From the human T2T-CHM13v2.0 reference genome, Homo sapiens: a DNA stretch of 64,000 nucleotides. Position 1 is the stretch's first letter. Every line of letters starts with the position of its first letter. The translations under genes and the position numbers were made by a program. The DNA lies in assembly GCF_009914755.1 (NCBI RefSeq), contig NC_060934.1, one strand, 5' to 3'. The notes below the pieces were generated by a model that was not told the origin of the DNA, searched no databases, and saw nothing but the letters and a program-made list of their open reading frames with translations. Of the stretch, positions 60,544 through 64,000 are shown piece after piece.

Positions 60544-60830
60544 AGCTGGGCACCCAGGCTCACACATATAGACCCAGGTCCTAGAGAGGTGGAGGCAGGA
60601 GGACTGCTTGAGGCCAGGAGTTGGAGACCAGCCTGGACAACATAGCAAGACCCTGTCTCAACAGCAACAAAAATTTAGCCAGGTGTGGTGATGTGCACCT
60701 GTAGTCCCAGCTACTCAGGAGGCTGAGGCAGGAGGATCACTGGAGCCCAGGAATTTGAGGCTGCAGTGAGCTATGATCATGCCACTACACTCCAGTCTAG
60801 GTGACACAGCAAGATCCCGTCTCTAAAACA
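60544..60830 (+). mobile_element. AluJ
   Basis: J diagnostics. Confidence 0.92.
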
Positions 60831-62107
60831 ATTAATGATTAAAAATTTTAAAAATTAAAAATAATCCAGGAAATAAAAAGTAGGAGGAATAAATGAAAAA
60901 AAAAGTTTTCAAATGTTTAAGATGATTGAAGTGGTCATTATGGAGACATACTTTCAGTCATATCTTCCCATGAGTCTCCACACTTCAGTCATTCCAGCCT
61001 TCTGCAGACCTTACGAAAGTGCCCACATGGCCCGGCCTGGGAGCCTTTGCTCATACTGCTCCCATTGAAAACGCTTCCTGGCACCTCCACTCACTGAACC
61101 CTGCCCATTTTTGCAAGCTCTACTCAAACACTATTTCCTCCTTTCCAGATTGTCACAGTCATTTGTATCAGTACCATCACCCTTTGCATTTCTGCATGGT
61201 TAGTTAACTGTGTGATCCTTCTGCCCTATGAAATTCCTAGATCCTGTAAGACAGGAGCCACGCCTTAGCCGCTCTCATAGTCCTTTGATCTGTCCACAGT
61301 GATCAATGTCCTGTCTAGCACATAATAGGTACTTGACACATTTTTGTTCCATTGAACCCTACAGTGAATGAGTTCCTTTGTAAAGTGAAGAGCCACGTCA
61401 TAACAAACAATTATAATGATGACTGACACTTGTATAGCTCTTAACTGTGTTCAAGGCTATATTTGAAATGCTTTACAAAGACTGACTCTTTACAATAACC
61501 CTATGAGATAGGTATGATTATTCCCGTTTTACGGACAAGGAAACTGATGCCCAGAGAGATGCAGCAATGTGCCCAAGGTCATAGCTAATAAATAATACAA
61601 ACTCAGTCTGTCTGGCCTCAAAGACTGTACTCTTAACCACAGTGTACACTGTCTCACCTGCCGTACAGTGTAACAACGTGCACTGCCTGCAGAAATATTC
61701 GGTACATACCGATTGGTTGATTGGCTGCTTAGTTTCCTGTAATAAGTATCTACATCTTCTGTTTTGTAAGTGCCGTTTCTGAATAACACCTTATAAATGA
61801 ATTACCCTTAAATATTCATTCTGTGTGCACATTTTGTATCAGAATCAATCTATAATAACAGTTACACGACTATGTTTTTGGAAAGGAAAAACTACTTCAT
61901 TGCCTCTAGTGATATTGGGTGTGTATTTATTTAATACCACTGCAATAAAGCCCCCGTATTGTATTATTATTCTAGTACGACGTAGTCCTTTACATCCGCC
62001 GACTGCATATTTCATCAGCCCGCAGCGTGAGGCGCTGTTTTACCTTCAAGTTCCTGGTCCCTGGCTTAGCTCAAGTCACTTCCATCAGCTGGAAACAGGC
62101 GAGCACC

Positions 62108-62126
62108 TCACGCCATCTAGCGGAGA
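62108..62126 (-). promoter_or_regulatory. Candidate CTCF binding site
   Basis: Minus strand reads tCCGCTAGATGGCGtg, matching the CTCF core CCRSYAGRKGGCR; surrounding unique DNA retains CpGs. Confidence 0.65.
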
Positions 62127-62327
62127 CACACTTTGAAGACCGCTTCAAGGGATTTGCTTAATTATGGGAGTCTCATAGGGGCACCATCCAACAGCCACAT
62201 GAAAGTAACAACAGACACTGAGTAAAACCAGAATGTTTCCCCCAATAAGTGGCTGCTCTAAAATTATTTTCCCAAACTCTCCCAGGTTGCTGCCCCTTGT
62301 TCCTGAGTCCACACAGCAGCTTCCTAC

Positions 62328-62495
62328 GGAAAACACCCTCTGTGATTCTAGAAGAGCGCACTCTCCTCATCCATTGACCACAAAGACTTACTTTCTACAC
62401 GATGTGAGGAAGGAAAACACCCTCTGTGATTCTAGAAGAGCGCACTCTCCTCATCCATTGACCACAAAGACTTACTTTCTACACGATGTGAGGAA
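62328..62495. repeat. Perfect 84-bp tandem duplication
   Basis: 62328-62411 is identical to 62412-62495. Confidence 0.97.
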
Positions 62496-62571
62496 GGGGC
62501 TCCCGGCAGAGTCAGGGTCACTGCCTGGTGCCTCCGGAGAGGCTGCAAGTTGTCATGGAAAGCACAAATGT

Positions 62572-63865
62572 CTGTGGGATCTAACAAAACTGAAGAGCTT
62601 CTGCACAGCAAAAGAAACTATCATCAGAGTGAACAGACAGCCTGCAGAATGGGAGAAAAATTTTGCAATCTATCCATCTGACAAATATCTAACATTCAAC
62701 AACTACAAGGTACTTAAACAAATTTACAAGAAAAAAAACTCCATTAAAAAGTGGGCAAAGGACATGAACAGACACTTCTTAAAAAAAGACATACATGCGG
62801 TCAACAAACATATGAAAAAAGCTCAACATCACTGACGATTAGATAAATGCAAATCAAAACCACAATGAGATATCATCTCACACCAGTCAGAATGGCAATT
62901 ATTAAAAAGTCAAAAAAACGGCAGGGCACAGTGGCTCACACCTTTAATCCTAGCATTTTGGGAGGCTTAGGCAGGAGGATCATTTGAGGTCAGGAGTTCG
63001 AGACCAGCCTGAGCAACATAGTGAAACCCACTCTCTACTAAAAATACAAAAATTAGTCGGGCCTGGTGGCACATGCCTGTAATCCCAGCTACTTGGGAGT
63101 CTGAGGCTGAGGCACTCCCAACTGGGTGACAGAGTTAGACTCTGTCTCAAAAAGAAAAAAAGAAAAAAACTCAAAAAAACGACAGATGCTGTTGAGGTTG
63201 TGGAGAAAAAGGAAAGCTTTTACACTGCTGGTGGGAGTGTAAATTAGTTCAACCACTGTAGAAGACAGTGTGACGATTCCTCAAAGACCTGGAGGCAGAA
63301 ATACCATTTGACCCAGCAGTCCCATTACTTGGTATATACCCAAAGGAATATAAATAATTCTATTATAAAGAAACATGCACGTGTATGTTCATTGCAGCAC
63401 TATTCACAATAGCAAAGACATGGAATCAACCTAAATACCCATCAATGATAGCCTAGATAAAGAAAGTATGGTACATATACACCATGGAATACTATGCAGC
63501 CATAAAAAGGAACAAAATCATGTCCTTTGCAGGGATGTGGATGGAACTGGAGGCCATTGTCCTCAGCAAACTAACGCAGGAACGGAAAACCAAATGCTGC
63601 ATGTTCTCACTCATAAGTAGGAGCTGAATGATGAGAACACATGGACACATGGCCGGGAGAACAACACACACACGGGTCTGTTGGAGGGTGGGGGATGGGA
63701 GGAGGGAGCACATCAGGAAGAATAGCTAATGGATGCTGGGCTTAATACCTAGGTGATGGGATGATCTGTATAGTAAACCACTATGGCACATGTTTACTTA
63801 CGTAACAAACCTGCACATCCTGCACATGTACCCCTGAACTTAAAATAAAAGTTGAAAAAAAAGAA
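62572..63865 (+). mobile_element. 5'-truncated L1PA (ORF2 C-terminus and 3' UTR) with an inserted Alu (62919-63170)
   Basis: [31 protein letters not shown]2p peptide; L1PA 3' end and A tail; Alu TSD tcaaaaaaacg. Confidence 0.95.
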
Positions 63866-64000
63866 AGTATAAATATGTGATGCATAGTGACCCTTCCTCA
63901 GCTAAAGCCACTCACCTTTGTTATCTATGCAAATGCTATTTGAATGTGCTAATCTGAGCTTGGCAGCAAGTTCAAGGGCCTCCCCAAGATTCTTGCAATT

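Noticed and set aside
62233-62835. 200-aa ORF with an internal 28-aa repeat fused to L1 ORF2 sequence
   Set aside because: Chance read-through: the in-frame 84-bp duplication joins a truncated L1PA that frameshifts; no sign of a real gene.

Overview
This is primate (human-like) genomic DNA covering the 5' half of ITIH5 (inter-alpha-trypsin inhibitor heavy chain 5) on the minus strand, plus about 22 kb of upstream intergenic sequence. Five coding exons splice in frame with GT-AG boundaries: 41704-41615, 30487-30443, 16879-16716, 15648-15547 and 12267-12017. They encode the signal peptide, the VIT domain and the following linker; exon 6 onward lies beyond the left edge. The promoter is a CpG island with a 29-bp G-rich tandem array just upstream of the 5' UTR. 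Most of the rest is interspersed repeats (about 30 Alu/FLAM elements, L1 fragments, MaLR/ERV1 LTRs, hAT MER elements) and micro/minisatellites. Nearly all other ORFs in the track are repeat artefacts. I found no evidence of a new protein-coding system. The most unusual structure is a composite templated insertion at 4640-5155, built from inverted copies of two loci that flank it (7197-7579 and 1871-2010), with one arm showing patchy homogenisation. Other notable items are two L1-born minisatellites with internal CpG gradients, a perfect 84-bp duplication next to a CpG-retaining CTCF/CCAAT element, and a (GGAA)17 run. Repeat family names come from recognising consensus sequence by eye, and most repeat boundaries are approximate.
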